Shown: positions 10,540-21,599, numbered from the stretch's first letter. The stretch is 56,622 nucleotides of DNA from Mediterranea sp. (GCA_031259755.1 JAIRKY010000072.1:1-56622); one strand, 5' to 3'. Numbers and translations: made by a program. Notes: generated by a model not told the origin, from the sequence alone.

Positions 10540-11994
10540 ATGAAGAAATTATGGATGACCGGATTTTGTATCCTTTCCCTTCTGACCGCCTGCAACAGCG
10601 AGCGAGCCGCGGAATGGGTGATGACAACACCGGATGCCGCATGGCAAAAACAAGACGTAAAAGAAATCACATTTGTGAACAGTGAAGAACCGGACGTAAC
10701 CATACATGTGGAACATCCCGGGCAGGACATTGAGGGGTTCGGCGCATGCTTCAACGAGTTGGGCTGGACATCACTCAGCCTCCTCAGTGAGGCCGACCGC
10801 AATTCGGTGATGCGTGAACTCTTCGCGCCGGGCGTGGGCGCCAACCTGACGGTCTGCCGCATGCCCATTGCCGCCAATGATTTTTCGCGCGATTGGTACT
10901 CGTATAACGAGACGGACGGCGATTTCGAGATGAAACACTTCAGCATCGCCAACGACCGCGAGACGCTTATCCCGTTCATCAAAGAAGCCTTGAAGTATAC
11001 ACCCGACCTCAGGCTGTGGGCCTCTCCCTGGAGCCCCCCCACCTGGATGAAGGACAACAAGCATTATGCCTGCCAACCGCTGGACACTTCTTTCTTCGAT
11101 AATGTAGGGCAGAACGGCATACGTCCCGATCAGGTACGCCGCGAAGGCATGAACATGTTCATTCAGAAAGACGCTTATTTCAAAGCGTACGCCCTCTACT
11201 TCGCCCGATTTATCGAAGCATACCGTGCCGAAGGTATCTCTATCGCCATGGTGATGCCCCAGAACGAGTTCAATTCTTGTCAGCCATTTCCGAGTTGCAC
11301 CTGGTTGCCGTCGGGGCTGGCCACTTTTATAGGTAAGCACCTGGGCCCGAAGATGAAAGAGCTTGGCGTGGAACTGATGTTCGGAACCATGGAACGCCCC
11401 ACCCCAGCGCTCGTCGACACAATACTGACCAATCCCGACAGCGGCAAGTACCTGACCGGCGCAGGTTTTCAGTGGGCAGGCAAGAAATCCCTTCCCGATA
11501 TTCATAAGCGCTACCCCGGCCTGCGGATTTACCAGACCGAACAGGAATGCGGCGACGGCAGGAACGATTGGGAAGGATGTACGTACTCATGGGATCTGAT
11601 GAAGCATTATTTCAAGCATGGTACGAACGTATACGATTACTGGAACATCTCCCTCGAGAAAGGCGGGATGAGCCGTTGGGGATGGACGCAGAACTCGCTC
11701 GTTGTGGTCGACAAGGAAGAGCGTACCTACAACTATACGTACGAGTATTACCTGCTGAAACATGCCAGCCATTACGTATTGCCCGGTGCGAGGTTTCTGC
11801 CTTTGTCGGGTCAGTTCACGGACCTGCTTGCGTTCCGCAATCCGGACGGAAAGTATGTGCTGATCGTCCACAATAACCAGAATACGGTAACCACCCGGGT
11901 CGTGAAAATAGGAGATAAGTATGTGTCGTTAAAGCTACAGCCGCAATCGTTCAACACGGTTGTCCTGTCATTAAATCATAAGAACTATGCGTAA
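10540..11994 (+). CDS. GH30 beta-glycosidase (glucosylceramidase-like) lipoprotein
   Basis: Lipobox LLTAC; motifs IEGFGACF, R.PIAANDFS, WASPWSPP.WMK, PQNE (acid/base), YQTEQE (nucleophile) and YWN. Confidence 0.9.
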   Translation: MKKLWMTGFCILSLLTACNSERAAEWVMTTPDAAWQKQDVKEITFVNSEEPDVTIHVEHPGQDIEGFGACFNELGWTSLSLLSEADRNSVMRELFAPGVGANLTVCRMPIAANDFSRDWYSYNETDGDFEMKHFSIANDRETLIPFIKEALKYTPDLRLWASPWSPPTWMKDNKHYACQPLDTSFFDNVGQNGIRPDQVRREGMNMFIQKDAYFKAYALYFARFIEAYRAEGISIAMVMPQNEFNSCQPFPSCTWLPSGLATFIGKHLGPKMKELGVELMFGTMERPTPALVDTILTNPDSGKYLTGAGFQWAGKKSLPDIHKRYPGLRIYQTEQECGDGRNDWEGCTYSWDLMKHYFKHGTNVYDYWNISLEKGGMSRWGWTQNSLVVVDKEERTYNYTYEYYLLKHASHYVLPGARFLPLSGQFTDLLAFRNPDGKYVLIVHNNQNTVTTRVVKIGDKYVSLKLQPQSFNTVVLSLNHKNYA

Positions 11995-14029
11995 GATCAA
12001 CATGTTAAGGCATCTGGGATGTTGCCTTTTGTTATCCGTCCTTGGCGTGTCCCATCTGGAAGCCGGGAACGATCCGGGAAATGATGTATGGAGCCTGCGT
12101 ACTTCCGACTGGAACGCAACGTACATAGGCGCTCCGGTTGCAAACGGCGGGATAGGTATCTTGCCCTGGAAAGAGCCGTTCTCTATCCGTCATGTCGTAC
12201 TGAACCATGTGTTCGACGCCGAAGGGCCGCAAGGAGTCAGCAGGGTGTTGCGCGGGATCAATCCCTTTCTGCTGGAGATGCAGATCGACGAAGAGCTGAT
12301 CGGCGCAGGCAACATTTCCGGTTGGGAGCAGCGCATTGATATGAAGGAGGCCAGCCACAACACACGCTTTACGGCAGCCGGTAAAGCCAACGTGAGCTAT
12401 AGCGTATATGCCTTGCGTAACATGCCCTACTCGGGACTGATCCGCGTAGAGGTGGAAGCGCTGGCCGACGTGGAACTTTGCTTCGCCAATACGATCGAAG
12501 CGCCCGACGATTATGAGTCACCTTCGTTCTGTTCCCAACCGATAAACGGTGAGAAAGCCCGTTCACTCGTGTTCCGTAAAAGCGCCTTCTCCAAATACAG
12601 GCGCCGGGCGGTCTCCGCATCGTCCGCTTTCCTTTATGAGCGGAACGAACGGGGATTGACCATTGCAGCCCAGGGCGAACGGAACGTACTTACTCTGTCG
12701 CTCAAGAAGGGCGGGAAGTTCTCTTTCGCGCTTGCCGGCGCCGTCTGTTCGGACAGGGACTTCCTCGACCCTTACAATGAATCGGACCGGCAAGTGATCT
12801 ACGCCGCGCAGGAAGGCGCCGACAGACTGATCGCCGCCCATAGAGCGCTATGGAACGGGTTGTGGAAGAGCGATATTATCATCGAAGGCGATGACGAAGC
12901 GCAGCGTGCAGTCCGTTTCGCACTCTACAACCTCTATTCCTACGTGCGCGAAGGTAGCGGATTGAGCATCTCCCCGATGGGATTGTCGGACAGCGGATAC
13001 AACGGTCATATCTTCTGGGATTCGGAGCTTTGGATGTATCCGCCGATGCTTTACCTGAACCAGGGGATGGCCAAGTCTATGATCGATTACCGCACCGACC
13101 GTCTGGCCGCTGCCTGCACGAAAGCCCGGGCCTATGGCTATCGTGGCGCCATGTTCCCGTGGGAGAGCGACGATGCGGGCGAAGAGTCGTGCCCCACTTG
13201 GGCGTTGACAGGACCTTTCGAGCACCATATCACGGCGGATATCGCTATCGCTGCCTGGAACTATTACTGCGTCAGCCGCGACAAGGGTTGGTTGCTGGAG
13301 AAAGGTTTCCCCCTGATCAAGGAGGTGGCTGACTTCTGGTTGAGCCGTTCGGAAAAGAACGCGGATGGTACGTACTCCGTCCGCAATGTGGTATGTGCGG
13401 ATGAATACGCCGAAGGTGTGGACGATAACGCCTTTACAAATGGCGCCGTGATCCGTGCCTTGCAGGCTGCCGTCAAGGCGGCGGAAGTATGTGGCAAACC
13501 TGTGGACGCGGCATGGCGGCAGGTGGCCGACGGGTTGGTCATCCCGGCTTTCGAAGATGGCGTTACACGCGAGCATGCCACTTATGACGGACGGATGATA
13601 AAGCAGGCCGATGTGAACCTGTTGGGCTATCCGTTAGGGATCGTCTCAGACCCGGAACGGCAGAGGAAGGATATGGAATATTATGTGGATCGCATCGACA
13701 CAGAGAACGGTCCCGCCATGTCCTACTCCATCTTTTGCGTGCAGTATGCGCGGCTGGGAGATGCGGAAAAAGCCTGGGAGATGTTCCAACGGAGTTACCG
13801 GCCCAATTCGCGCCCTCCCTTCGGGGTCATCGCCGAAACGGCTACCAGTGAGAATCCATACTTCGCTACCGGTGCGGGCGGTATGTTGCAAGCTGTGATC
13901 AGCGGTTTCTGCGGACTGGACATCACGGATCAGGGTATTCGCCAGGTTCCATCCGTATTGCCCAAGCATTGGAAAAGGGTTACAGTGACGGGAGTAGGGC
14001 CGGAGAATCTAACGATAAACAAGAAATGA
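11987..14029 (+). CDS. GH65 family enzyme, probably hydrolase type (alpha-1,2-glucosidase/kojibiose hydrolase-like), secreted
   Basis: Motifs SPMGLS..YNGHIFWD, GAMFPWES, HHITADIA, ADEY, DNAFTN, IKQADV and YFATGAGG; signal peptide present. Confidence 0.85.
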   Translation: MRKINMLRHLGCCLLLSVLGVSHLEAGNDPGNDVWSLRTSDWNATYIGAPVANGGIGILPWKEPFSIRHVVLNHVFDAEGPQGVSRVLRGINPFLLEMQIDEELIGAGNISGWEQRIDMKEASHNTRFTAAGKANVSYSVYALRNMPYSGLIRVEVEALADVELCFANTIEAPDDYESPSFCSQPINGEKARSLVFRKSAFSKYRRRAVSASSAFLYERNERGLTIAAQGERNVLTLSLKKGGKFSFALAGAVCSDRDFLDPYNESDRQVIYAAQEGADRLIAAHRALWNGLWKSDIIIEGDDEAQRAVRFALYNLYSYVREGSGLSISPMGLSDSGYNGHIFWDSELWMYPPMLYLNQGMAKSMIDYRTDRLAAACTKARAYGYRGAMFPWESDDAGEESCPTWALTGPFEHHITADIAIAAWNYYCVSRDKGWLLEKGFPLIKEVADFWLSRSEKNADGTYSVRNVVCADEYAEGVDDNAFTNGAVIRALQAAVKAAEVCGKPVDAAWRQVADGLVIPAFEDGVTREHATYDGRMIKQADVNLLGYPLGIVSDPERQRKDMEYYVDRIDTENGPAMSYSIFCVQYARLGDAEKAWEMFQRSYRPNSRPPFGVIAETATSENPYFATGAGGMLQAVISGFCGLDITDQGIRQVPSVLPKHWKRVTVTGVGPENLTINKK

Positions 14030-14030
14030 T

Positions 14031-16523
14031 ATGAGACATCAAACGATGAATCGAGGGGTGAAAACCGCTTTCATGATCCTGCTCTTTTTTCCGGCGGTCG
14101 TGTCCGGACAGAGCTATACTCCCGAAACGTTGCGGTCGCTGGCCGGGAAGTTCAAACAACCTACCGGCGAGTACCGCCCGCACGTGTGGTGGCACTGGCT
14201 GGGTAGCAACTTCAGCAAAGAGGGTATCACGAAAGACCTGGAAGCCATGAAAGAGACCGGGATCGGCGGGGCTACGATCTTTAATATATCATCGTCAGTG
14301 CAGGAATCGCACTACCCGATGGAAAACAACCCGTGGCCGGAACAGACGTTCCGCAGCGAGGCTTGGTGGGAAGCCCTGAAACATACGATGAAAGAAGCAA
14401 AGCGTCTGGGACTGAAGATCGGGTTGCACGGAACGCCCGGATATGCCACTACCGGCGGCCCGTGGATAACAGAGGAAAGAGGAATGAAGGCGCTGGTCAG
14501 CAGCAAGACGGTTGTCGAAGGCGGGAAAGTGGTAGACATCGTTCTGCCCCGTCCCGAACTGCCCGAGTTCACCGGCTATGATTCCCGGTATGTGGAAAAT
14601 TACAAGCCGTGGAAAGCCGTCAAGTATTGGGACGTAACGGTGGTTGCCGTTCCCGATGCGGCCGACATTTCGGCGGACGATATAGTGGAAATCCCGGACT
14701 GCATGGATGCCGACGGACGTCTGACATGGCAAGCTCCAGCCGGAAAATGGATCGTTTACCGCTATGGGTATGCGCCGACCATGGCCCATCCGCATCCGCT
14801 TCCTGATGACCTTATCGGCAAAGCCTGGGAAGTGGACAAGATGAGCAGGGAAGATAATACCTATCACTGGCAGCAGTTGCTGGAGCCGTTGAAAGAACAG
14901 ATCGGCGAACACTTCGGCGAAACCTTCACGTATATCTGGGTGGACAGCTACGAGTCCGGTTATCAGAACTGGACGCCGGGCTTCCGCAAGGAGTTTATCC
15001 GGATCAAAGGGTACGACCCCATTCCCTGGATCGCCATGTACCAGTACAGGAACAATAAAGAAATGGAATGCCGCTTTAGTGCATGGTACAGTCCGAAACT
15101 CGAAAGCGATCTTCCGGACTTTCAGGTGTTCTTAAAGGATTACGACGATGTAGTGAACCGCCTGTTTATGGACAATGGCTTCGCCGTGGGCAGGGAGATG
15201 TTGCATAAGTATGGCCTCAAGCTCTATTGGGAACCCTACGAAGGCCCTTTCAGTAATTACGAAGGAGCCATGATAGCCGATATCCCGGTAGGGGAATTCT
15301 GGTCGTCGGACAAGATCGTTTACGAAAGCCGGGATGCGTTGAAGGTGGCGGTCGAGTTCAACAAAAGGATCGTTGCGGCGGAAGCGTTGACCGGGACGCC
15401 TCTTTTCAGCCGTTACAACGAAGACCCTGCTTTCCTGAAACATACCGTAGACGGGGGGTATGCAAGCGGCTACAACCTCTATTTCCTCCACCATTGGGTG
15501 CACCAGCCTTTCGACGACAAGTATCAGCCGGGTATGGGAATGGGATGGTGGGGAACGCATTTCAGCCGTTTCCAAACCTGGATAAAGCCTGCGCAAGCGT
15601 TTTTCACTTATATGTCGCGGTGCCAGTTACTGCTGCAACAAGGCGATTACGTTCCGGGTACTCCCCATTCCACACACAGGAGAACACCGGAAGCCGACAT
15701 CTTTTTTGTTATCAATATGGATCGTGAAGTTCGGAACACGTATGCTTTTCCGGTAAAAGACCGGGTGCCCGAATTGTGGGACGCCTACAGGGGCGTCATC
15801 CGGAAAACATCCAAATGGCGGCGGCAGGGCGATTCCGTGTATGTCGACCTGAATCTGGGAAAGGACGAATCGATGTTTGTCGTTTTCCCTGCGAAGAACG
15901 GGAAGTACGACGTATTGCCGGAAATAGACGTATTGAAAAGAACGACTGTTCCCGTAAACGGTTCATGGAAAGTTACTTTCCGGCCGAAGTTGGACAAACC
16001 GTTCAACCGCACTTTCCCGTCGCTGGTGGACTGGAGTAAGCAAAAGGAGGATGTGCTGAAGTACTTTTCCGGTACGGCGAAATATGAAAAAGAGATCCAT
16101 ATAGCTGCCGGCGACCTGAAGGAAGGGAAACGGATCATGCTGGATCTGGGGGAATTGCACGACATCGCGGAACTGGAGATCAATGGGAAAGATGCAGGCG
16201 TCTTATGGTTTCCTCCGTACACAGGCGATATTACCCCTTACTTGCGTGCCGGTATGAACAAGATAGCCGTCTATATTACCAACAACTGGGCTAACCGGCT
16301 GATAGGCGACGAACAGTACCCGGCGGATTTCGAATGGGGGCAGGACAGACGTGAAGAGGGACATGCCATGAAGGCTTTCCCTGACTGGTTCCTGAAAAAC
16401 GTTCCCCGTCCGTCCAAAGGACGCAAGACATTCAATATCTGGTATTACTATAGAAAAGACTCGCCCTTGTATCCCGCCGGTCTGCTGGGCCCGGTCCGGT
16501 TGATCAAAGAAGATATGAAGTGA
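14031..16523 (+). CDS. GH106 alpha-L-rhamnosidase-like protein, paralog of the N-half of 5399..10480
   Basis: Motifs WWHWLGSNFSKEGITKDL, WVDSYE, AAEALT, HHWVHQP, NNWANRLIGD and AGLLGPV. The start may be 14046. Confidence 0.85.
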   Translation: MRHQTMNRGVKTAFMILLFFPAVVSGQSYTPETLRSLAGKFKQPTGEYRPHVWWHWLGSNFSKEGITKDLEAMKETGIGGATIFNISSSVQESHYPMENNPWPEQTFRSEAWWEALKHTMKEAKRLGLKIGLHGTPGYATTGGPWITEERGMKALVSSKTVVEGGKVVDIVLPRPELPEFTGYDSRYVENYKPWKAVKYWDVTVVAVPDAADISADDIVEIPDCMDADGRLTWQAPAGKWIVYRYGYAPTMAHPHPLPDDLIGKAWEVDKMSREDNTYHWQQLLEPLKEQIGEHFGETFTYIWVDSYESGYQNWTPGFRKEFIRIKGYDPIPWIAMYQYRNNKEMECRFSAWYSPKLESDLPDFQVFLKDYDDVVNRLFMDNGFAVGREMLHKYGLKLYWEPYEGPFSNYEGAMIADIPVGEFWSSDKIVYESRDALKVAVEFNKRIVAAEALTGTPLFSRYNEDPAFLKHTVDGGYASGYNLYFLHHWVHQPFDDKYQPGMGMGWWGTHFSRFQTWIKPAQAFFTYMSRCQLLLQQGDYVPGTPHSTHRRTPEADIFFVINMDREVRNTYAFPVKDRVPELWDAYRGVIRKTSKWRRQGDSVYVDLNLGKDESMFVVFPAKNGKYDVLPEIDVLKRTTVPVNGSWKVTFRPKLDKPFNRTFPSLVDWSKQKEDVLKYFSGTAKYEKEIHIAAGDLKEGKRIMLDLGELHDIAELEINGKDAGVLWFPPYTGDITPYLRAGMNKIAVYITNNWANRLIGDEQYPADFEWGQDRREEGHAMKAFPDWFLKNVPRPSKGRKTFNIWYYYRKDSPLYPAGLLGPVRLIKEDMK

Positions 16524-16541
16524 TCGTTCAGGACGAACAGA

Positions 16542-16587
16542 TTTCGCCCTGCGCACGAGGTGATCCCTCATCATGCGCAGGGCGAAA
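16542..16587. terminator. Probable bidirectional intrinsic terminator between convergent operons
   Basis: Perfect 14-bp arms, TTTCGCCCTGCGCA and TGCGCAGGGCGAAA, followed by a T-run on the + strand. Confidence 0.75.
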
Positions 16588-16591
16588 GTTT

Positions 16592-17749
16592 TTACTTCGG
16601 CGCCAGACATCGCTTCCTGAAGCTCCTTTTAATCCAGAGGTAATAACCGGTTAGCGGTAACGTACCTCCGACGAAAGCGGCAAGGAATGTGAGGATTCGG
16701 GTGAGCAGACCTCCCCAGCTTCCTACGTGGACGGAATAGATCCATCCACGGATCTTAGCCGATTTGGGCTGGTCTTTATAAAGGCTTGCTTCGGTGATCT
16801 CGCCGGTCGCAGCATCGAACGTATAGCGATCCGAACCCCGCTGATTGCCAAACCTGTTAAAGATAACGCCGGCAGCGCCTTTCGACAAGTTGATTTGCTT
16901 ATGCCCGGGGTTCTGTTCGTTCAATCGGTCGTACACCTTTTGCCAATGCCGGAAGGCCTTTCCCTGCCCTTCCGGTCTTCCATCTCTTTGCTCGTCCCGG
17001 GGGCGTTGACCGCCTTGTCGAGATTGCTGCTGTGGAGCATGGCCATGTCCGCCACCCTGTTGGGCTTCTATCCCGAACACGTTATAGAAAGCGTTACGAT
17101 ACCAGGAGAACGACCAGGTCAGTCCCGTTAATGCCATGAGCAACAGGAAGATAAGCGTATGCATGCCACCGGCTACATGGAGGTCGTACCAGAAGCGACG
17201 CCAACCTTTACGGACTGCAATCGATAAGCGATTCTTTAACCCTTTCAGCGTTTTGGGTATCCCGATCACGAGACCGGTGATCAGGATGATCACAAAGAGC
17301 AGCGTACTTGTACCCACGATCAGTTTACCCCAAAAGATACCGCCATCCGGTTTCATGCTGTCGAGCAACCATCGGTGCGTTCTCATCATACATGCGAAGA
17401 ACGCCGCACGCTGATAGCGTTCCTTGATCTTGCCCGTATATTGGTCAATGTAAACCCCGGCTCTATGGGGCTTGGAAAGTGTAACCTGATAAGTCCGTTC
17501 AGGATCGGAGGAAATAGTTACGCCGGTAATCGTTACGCTGTCGGGCAATGTTTTCGTCACGGCAACCAATAGTTCCTCCACAGGAATGGCTTTCTCCTTA
17601 ACCTCGCTCACGAAGTAACGGTCGGGATAACAGAGCTCCATGATCTCCGTTTCAAACACAAGCGCCGCACCCGAGAAACAAATGATGCTAATGATCAGGC
17701 CAAATGGGATGGATAACCAAAGGTGAAGTTTCTTGAATAGTTTCTTCAT
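16592..17749 (-). CDS. PepSY-associated TM helix inner-membrane protein (XusC-like)
   Basis: Motifs [25 protein letters not shown] and [10 protein letters not shown]; several transmembrane segments. Confidence 0.9.
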   Translation of the reverse strand: MKKLFKKLHLWLSIPFGLIISIICFSGAALVFETEIMELCYPDRYFVSEVKEKAIPVEELLVAVTKTLPDSVTITGVTISSDPERTYQVTLSKPHRAGVYIDQYTGKIKERYQRAAFFACMMRTHRWLLDSMKPDGGIFWGKLIVGTSTLLFVIILITGLVIGIPKTLKGLKNRLSIAVRKGWRRFWYDLHVAGGMHTLIFLLLMALTGLTWSFSWYRNAFYNVFGIEAQQGGGHGHAPQQQSRQGGQRPRDEQRDGRPEGQGKAFRHWQKVYDRLNEQNPGHKQINLSKGAAGVIFNRFGNQRGSDRYTFDAATGEITEASLYKDQPKSAKIRGWIYSVHVGSWGGLLTRILTFLAAFVGGTLPLTGYYLWIKRSFRKRCLAPK

Positions 17750-19122
17750 TTGTTATAAGTCAACTTACCAACGGCGTTTATCGTTTCCGCCTCAATCGTC
17801 AATCCTTTCGTAGCTTTAGCTGTTTTAGGATCTATCTTATAAAGAGCGGGGTTGCCGATTGTAGTCGTTATAGGTACATAGATATAACCGTTTTCGCTAT
17901 AAGGGTTGTTGCCGATTGAGGCAAGTATATCTTCGTCAGGAAGGCCTGTAACGATCTTCAAGGTTTTCGCTTCGCCTTTGAAAACAGCAAGTTCTGTCGT
18001 ACCTGCCGCCATTATATCCAATCCCTGGGTGTACAGTTGAAGCAGGAAATAATCCTCTGTGATATGCCAACATCTATACAAAGGATGTTTATTCTCCAAT
18101 TCTTCAATAGCTACTACGCCATAGTCATTATCAAAAGCTGTAGCGCTTGCTTTGATACGCATTACTCCTGAACTCAATTTACCTTCGACCTTTTCGAAAC
18201 CATCGACTTCCGGATTGGAAACCGTCGTTCTACCGAAACCCGGAGAGAATACATAAAGATCGCCATTGCCGGCAGCCCAAATGGTTTGATAGTATTGCGA
18301 CCTCATGCGACCACTGGCAAAGCCAATCTTATCTGTGCTGACAATGACCGGTTTTTCGTCGAAAGAGCTACCGCTATAAATGGCAATATAAGCGTTATCC
18401 GGATACTGTGTTGAAGGAATGACTCCTTCTCCGTATGTACCACTGCCTCCACCTCCTGTTCCGGTTGTTATATATTTCTCGTTGAGTACTTTATCCGGAT
18501 GAGCAGCAATTCCGTATTTACTCATTCCCATAGGAACAACAGATGTATAAAGTTTACCGTTGGCTTGAACAAAACCTGAGAAACAAACATACTCGCCATT
18601 ATCTAAATAGTTTTCGGCGTCGTATGTTTTAGTTTCTACAGTACCGTCTGTTGCGCTCAGATAGTTCACCAGGAAACCTTGGGCAATGTTGCCCTCCGCA
18701 TCTTTTTTATTCGTATCTCCTGTTGAGGAAGTAATTACGTTATCTCCCCAGCTTCCATAAGTTGTGATACGGCTGAAGTCGTAGGTTTTAGCCTGCTTCA
18801 CTTTGCCGTCATCGCCCAAAACGTATGACGCGCCTGTACCTGCTCCACCTTTGTTATAAACCAGGCGGAAAAGATATTCAGTACCGTGGAATACCCAGTA
18901 TGTACCAGCTTCTGTTTCCAGACCGTTATTCGCCAGACTCACGTTACCTTCATCCAACGATTCGACTGTCGGTAAATAATTCACACCGTCGACCGTTGCG
19001 GCAACAACATACTCGCCGCGGGCTACTACAGAATGCCCGTCATTCTCGTCATCACATGCAGTAAAGACACAAGCTGCACAGAAAAGGGAGGCCAAAGGCC
19101 AAAACAAAAAATTCTTTTTCAT
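17746..19122 (-). CDS. DUF4374 surface lipoprotein (XusB-like)
   Basis: Lipobox FTAC followed by acidic residues; motifs [14 protein letters not shown] and DLYVFSP; lies between a TonB receptor and a PepSY gene. Confidence 0.8.
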   Translation of the reverse strand: MKKNFLFWPLASLFCAACVFTACDDENDGHSVVARGEYVVAATVDGVNYLPTVESLDEGNVSLANNGLETEAGTYWVFHGTEYLFRLVYNKGGAGTGASYVLGDDGKVKQAKTYDFSRITTYGSWGDNVITSSTGDTNKKDAEGNIAQGFLVNYLSATDGTVETKTYDAENYLDNGEYVCFSGFVQANGKLYTSVVPMGMSKYGIAAHPDKVLNEKYITTGTGGGGSGTYGEGVIPSTQYPDNAYIAIYSGSSFDEKPVIVSTDKIGFASGRMRSQYYQTIWAAGNGDLYVFSPGFGRTTVSNPEVDGFEKVEGKLSSGVMRIKASATAFDNDYGVVAIEELENKHPLYRCWHITEDYFLLQLYTQGLDIMAAGTTELAVFKGEAKTLKIVTGLPDEDILASIGNNPYSENGYIYVPITTTIGNPALYKIDPKTAKATKGLTIEAETINAVGKLTYNK

Positions 19123-19146
19123 CTTTTTACTCTTTTATTTATTATA

Positions 19147-21552
19147 TTAATGTCCGAAATAAACTCTCACCTTACCATAGAAAGCTCTTCCCGCTTTTTG
19201 GAGGCTATAGTTGTCATACAACGCCTCATCGGTAAGGTTCTTACACTCGAAAGAGAGATTATATCGTCCGTTTTTCAAACTATATGTCAATCCCATATTA
19301 TGGGAGAATTGCTCGGGAACCCGCTTCTTGGTAGAAGGATCGCCTATGTTTTCCCAGTTGAGAGGAAATTCAAGCTGGTAATAACTGTCATACGTAACAG
19401 ACAATACGTTTCCTTCGACAAATAAGTCGTGCAAATAGAATGATGCATCCAGATTCGCAAAACAATAAGGCTGGTTAGGTATTCTTGCATTATAATGCAG
19501 ATTTGTTTGTAGGGTTTCCTTCGCCAGGTATTTCTCACGGTCGCGGACATCCATGCTGTTATACGTTCCTCCCAAACTGAACCAGTGTGAGTAAGTGTAA
19601 CGCAATGACAGATTATACCCTTTTGTCTCTACATTTCCATGATTTTCATAAGAGCCATAGTAAGTACTTCCGTATTTGCTGATCCCACGACGTATATAGT
19701 CTTTCGTATCACGATAGATCAAACTACCCTCTACGTAAAACATATGTTTATCGAACCGTCGGGTATAGTTTACATTCAAATTGAGGTTATCGCTTCTTTC
19801 GGGTTTCAGGTTCACTTTACCTGCTTCCAAGTCTTCATCGCCAAACAATTCGTCGGTCGATGGAAGACGATAAGCCCTTTCGTAGGAAGTTTTTACCTGC
19901 AAGTCTCTCAAAATGAAATATGCACCGGCAGCGCCATATCCCAACGTACTCACCTTCTTATTCCTTTTTTCGTAACTGCCTATTCCGTCCAAGCTCAATG
20001 ATACAGGGCCGGCGCTGTATTGATTATAGTATTTCCCAAAAACGGAAAGATTCCACTTTTCCGCAGGCGTAAACCGGTAAGATAAGCCGCCGATGTTCTT
20101 GCGCGTTTCTTTCGGGATAGAGAAATCCGACAGAAGGGACTTGGAATTAACGTACGAACGACTGTTACGCTTCTGGGCTGTCAACACATGGTTTAACGTC
20201 AATACATGCTTATCGCCGAGACGGTAAGTGGCTCTGAATGTTCCGTTCCAGTTTACATTCTTTGATTCATTATCCTGATGGGATTGTTCTCCTGGCGAAC
20301 CTGTATATTTTCTCTCCCCATACCAGTTGTACTTATAAGAGACGGTATCTGTATTCTGAGTCAGATTGTGATTATAATTGATCGTCAGATTCACGTCCAG
20401 TCCCTCCGTAAAGAAGTTTCGCTTACGATATTCCAGCGAAGGCATAAACGAATGTCCCTTACGATGCTTTCCGCCAAAAACAATTTCCTGCCGAACTCCC
20501 GTCTGTATCTCTTTATAGACATTCGCATACGTAAAACCCAATACCAAACGATCAGCGAACTTCTTATCGACCAGACCTATTTTACCGGCAATCGCTTCAT
20601 TATGGTAAGTGTCATTGAAACGCTTTACACGCTCTATCTTGTTCTCGTCGGTAGTTGTTGTTCCGTTATCATGGAATTGAGTCACATAAGTATGTATATG
20701 ATAATCGTTATCTGAATAATTCTGGAAAGCGTTGACTTCGTACATGAAGCCGTTCTTTAAGGTCTGTCCGAAATTGATATACGATTTATGCGTATTGAAT
20801 GAACCAAAAGAATAAGATGTATCCAAGAACCATTCCCTGCGATTCTTATGGGTTACGATATTGATAACGCCTCCCAACGCATCCGTACCGAAACCTACAG
20901 GCGTTACGCCTTTATAGACTTCAATACGTTCGGCAAAATTTATCGGAATATTATTTATACTGAACGAGTGTCCTACACCTTCCTGAGGTACTCCATCAAT
21001 AAATACTTTAACATATTTCCCGCTAAAACCATCCAACATGATCTGAGTATCGGAACCAACTCCACCCGACTCCCGGAGTTTCATACCCGGCAGTTGGGCC
21101 AAGGCTTCGCTAAGGGTTTTTGTTGTATTCTGCAATGATCTGGCATCAACAGCTACAGCATTATATGGAGACTCTTTTATCCGAGTCACTCCGTTTGCCA
21201 GCACTACGACTTCGTTGAGTTGAGTGATCTCGGAAGCGATATGAGTATCAAACCGGTTTTCTTGTTCGGGTGCAATCTTGACCGGTTTCTCTACCGTTTT
21301 ATAACCGATAGCCGATACGACCAGCGTGTAATGCCCGGAAGGCGCTTCGAAGTTGTAGATACCATTATTATTCGTAGTGGTTCCATAACTTGTTCCTTTC
21401 AGGTAAACTGTGGCGAAGGCGACAGCTTCCTTTTCGTCAGTGGAAATAATCTTTCCGGTAACTTGTATTTTGTGTTGATGGTGTTGGGCGTATACCGATA
21501 GGGTACAGAATAAGAATGAAATAACGAACGTGATCTTTTGAAAATAATTCAT
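19147..21552 (-). CDS. TonB-dependent receptor (XusA-like)
   Basis: N-terminal carboxypeptidase-regulatory-like domain; plug motifs RESGGVGS and ERIEVYKG.TP..FG.DALGG; C-terminal LQKAGRAFYGKVRVYF. Start set at MNYFQK. Confidence 0.9.
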   Translation of the reverse strand: MNYFQKITFVISFLFCTLSVYAQHHQHKIQVTGKIISTDEKEAVAFATVYLKGTSYGTTTNNNGIYNFEAPSGHYTLVVSAIGYKTVEKPVKIAPEQENRFDTHIASEITQLNEVVVLANGVTRIKESPYNAVAVDARSLQNTTKTLSEALAQLPGMKLRESGGVGSDTQIMLDGFSGKYVKVFIDGVPQEGVGHSFSINNIPINFAERIEVYKGVTPVGFGTDALGGVINIVTHKNRREWFLDTSYSFGSFNTHKSYINFGQTLKNGFMYEVNAFQNYSDNDYHIHTYVTQFHDNGTTTTDENKIERVKRFNDTYHNEAIAGKIGLVDKKFADRLVLGFTYANVYKEIQTGVRQEIVFGGKHRKGHSFMPSLEYRKRNFFTEGLDVNLTINYNHNLTQNTDTVSYKYNWYGERKYTGSPGEQSHQDNESKNVNWNGTFRATYRLGDKHVLTLNHVLTAQKRNSRSYVNSKSLLSDFSIPKETRKNIGGLSYRFTPAEKWNLSVFGKYYNQYSAGPVSLSLDGIGSYEKRNKKVSTLGYGAAGAYFILRDLQVKTSYERAYRLPSTDELFGDEDLEAGKVNLKPERSDNLNLNVNYTRRFDKHMFYVEGSLIYRDTKDYIRRGISKYGSTYYGSYENHGNVETKGYNLSLRYTYSHWFSLGGTYNSMDVRDREKYLAKETLQTNLHYNARIPNQPYCFANLDASFYLHDLFVEGNVLSVTYDSYYQLEFPLNWENIGDPSTKKRVPEQFSHNMGLTYSLKNGRYNLSFECKNLTDEALYDNYSLQKAGRAFYGKVRVYFGH

Positions 21553-21599
21553 ATAGTTATCTTTTTGTAATAAATAGTATGCTCTTTTATAAGCGGGTA

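Noticed and set aside
853-16610. Numerous long antisense or alternate-frame ORFs over the GH genes
   Set aside because: These are shadow ORFs expected in GC-rich coding DNA and show no recognisable motifs.
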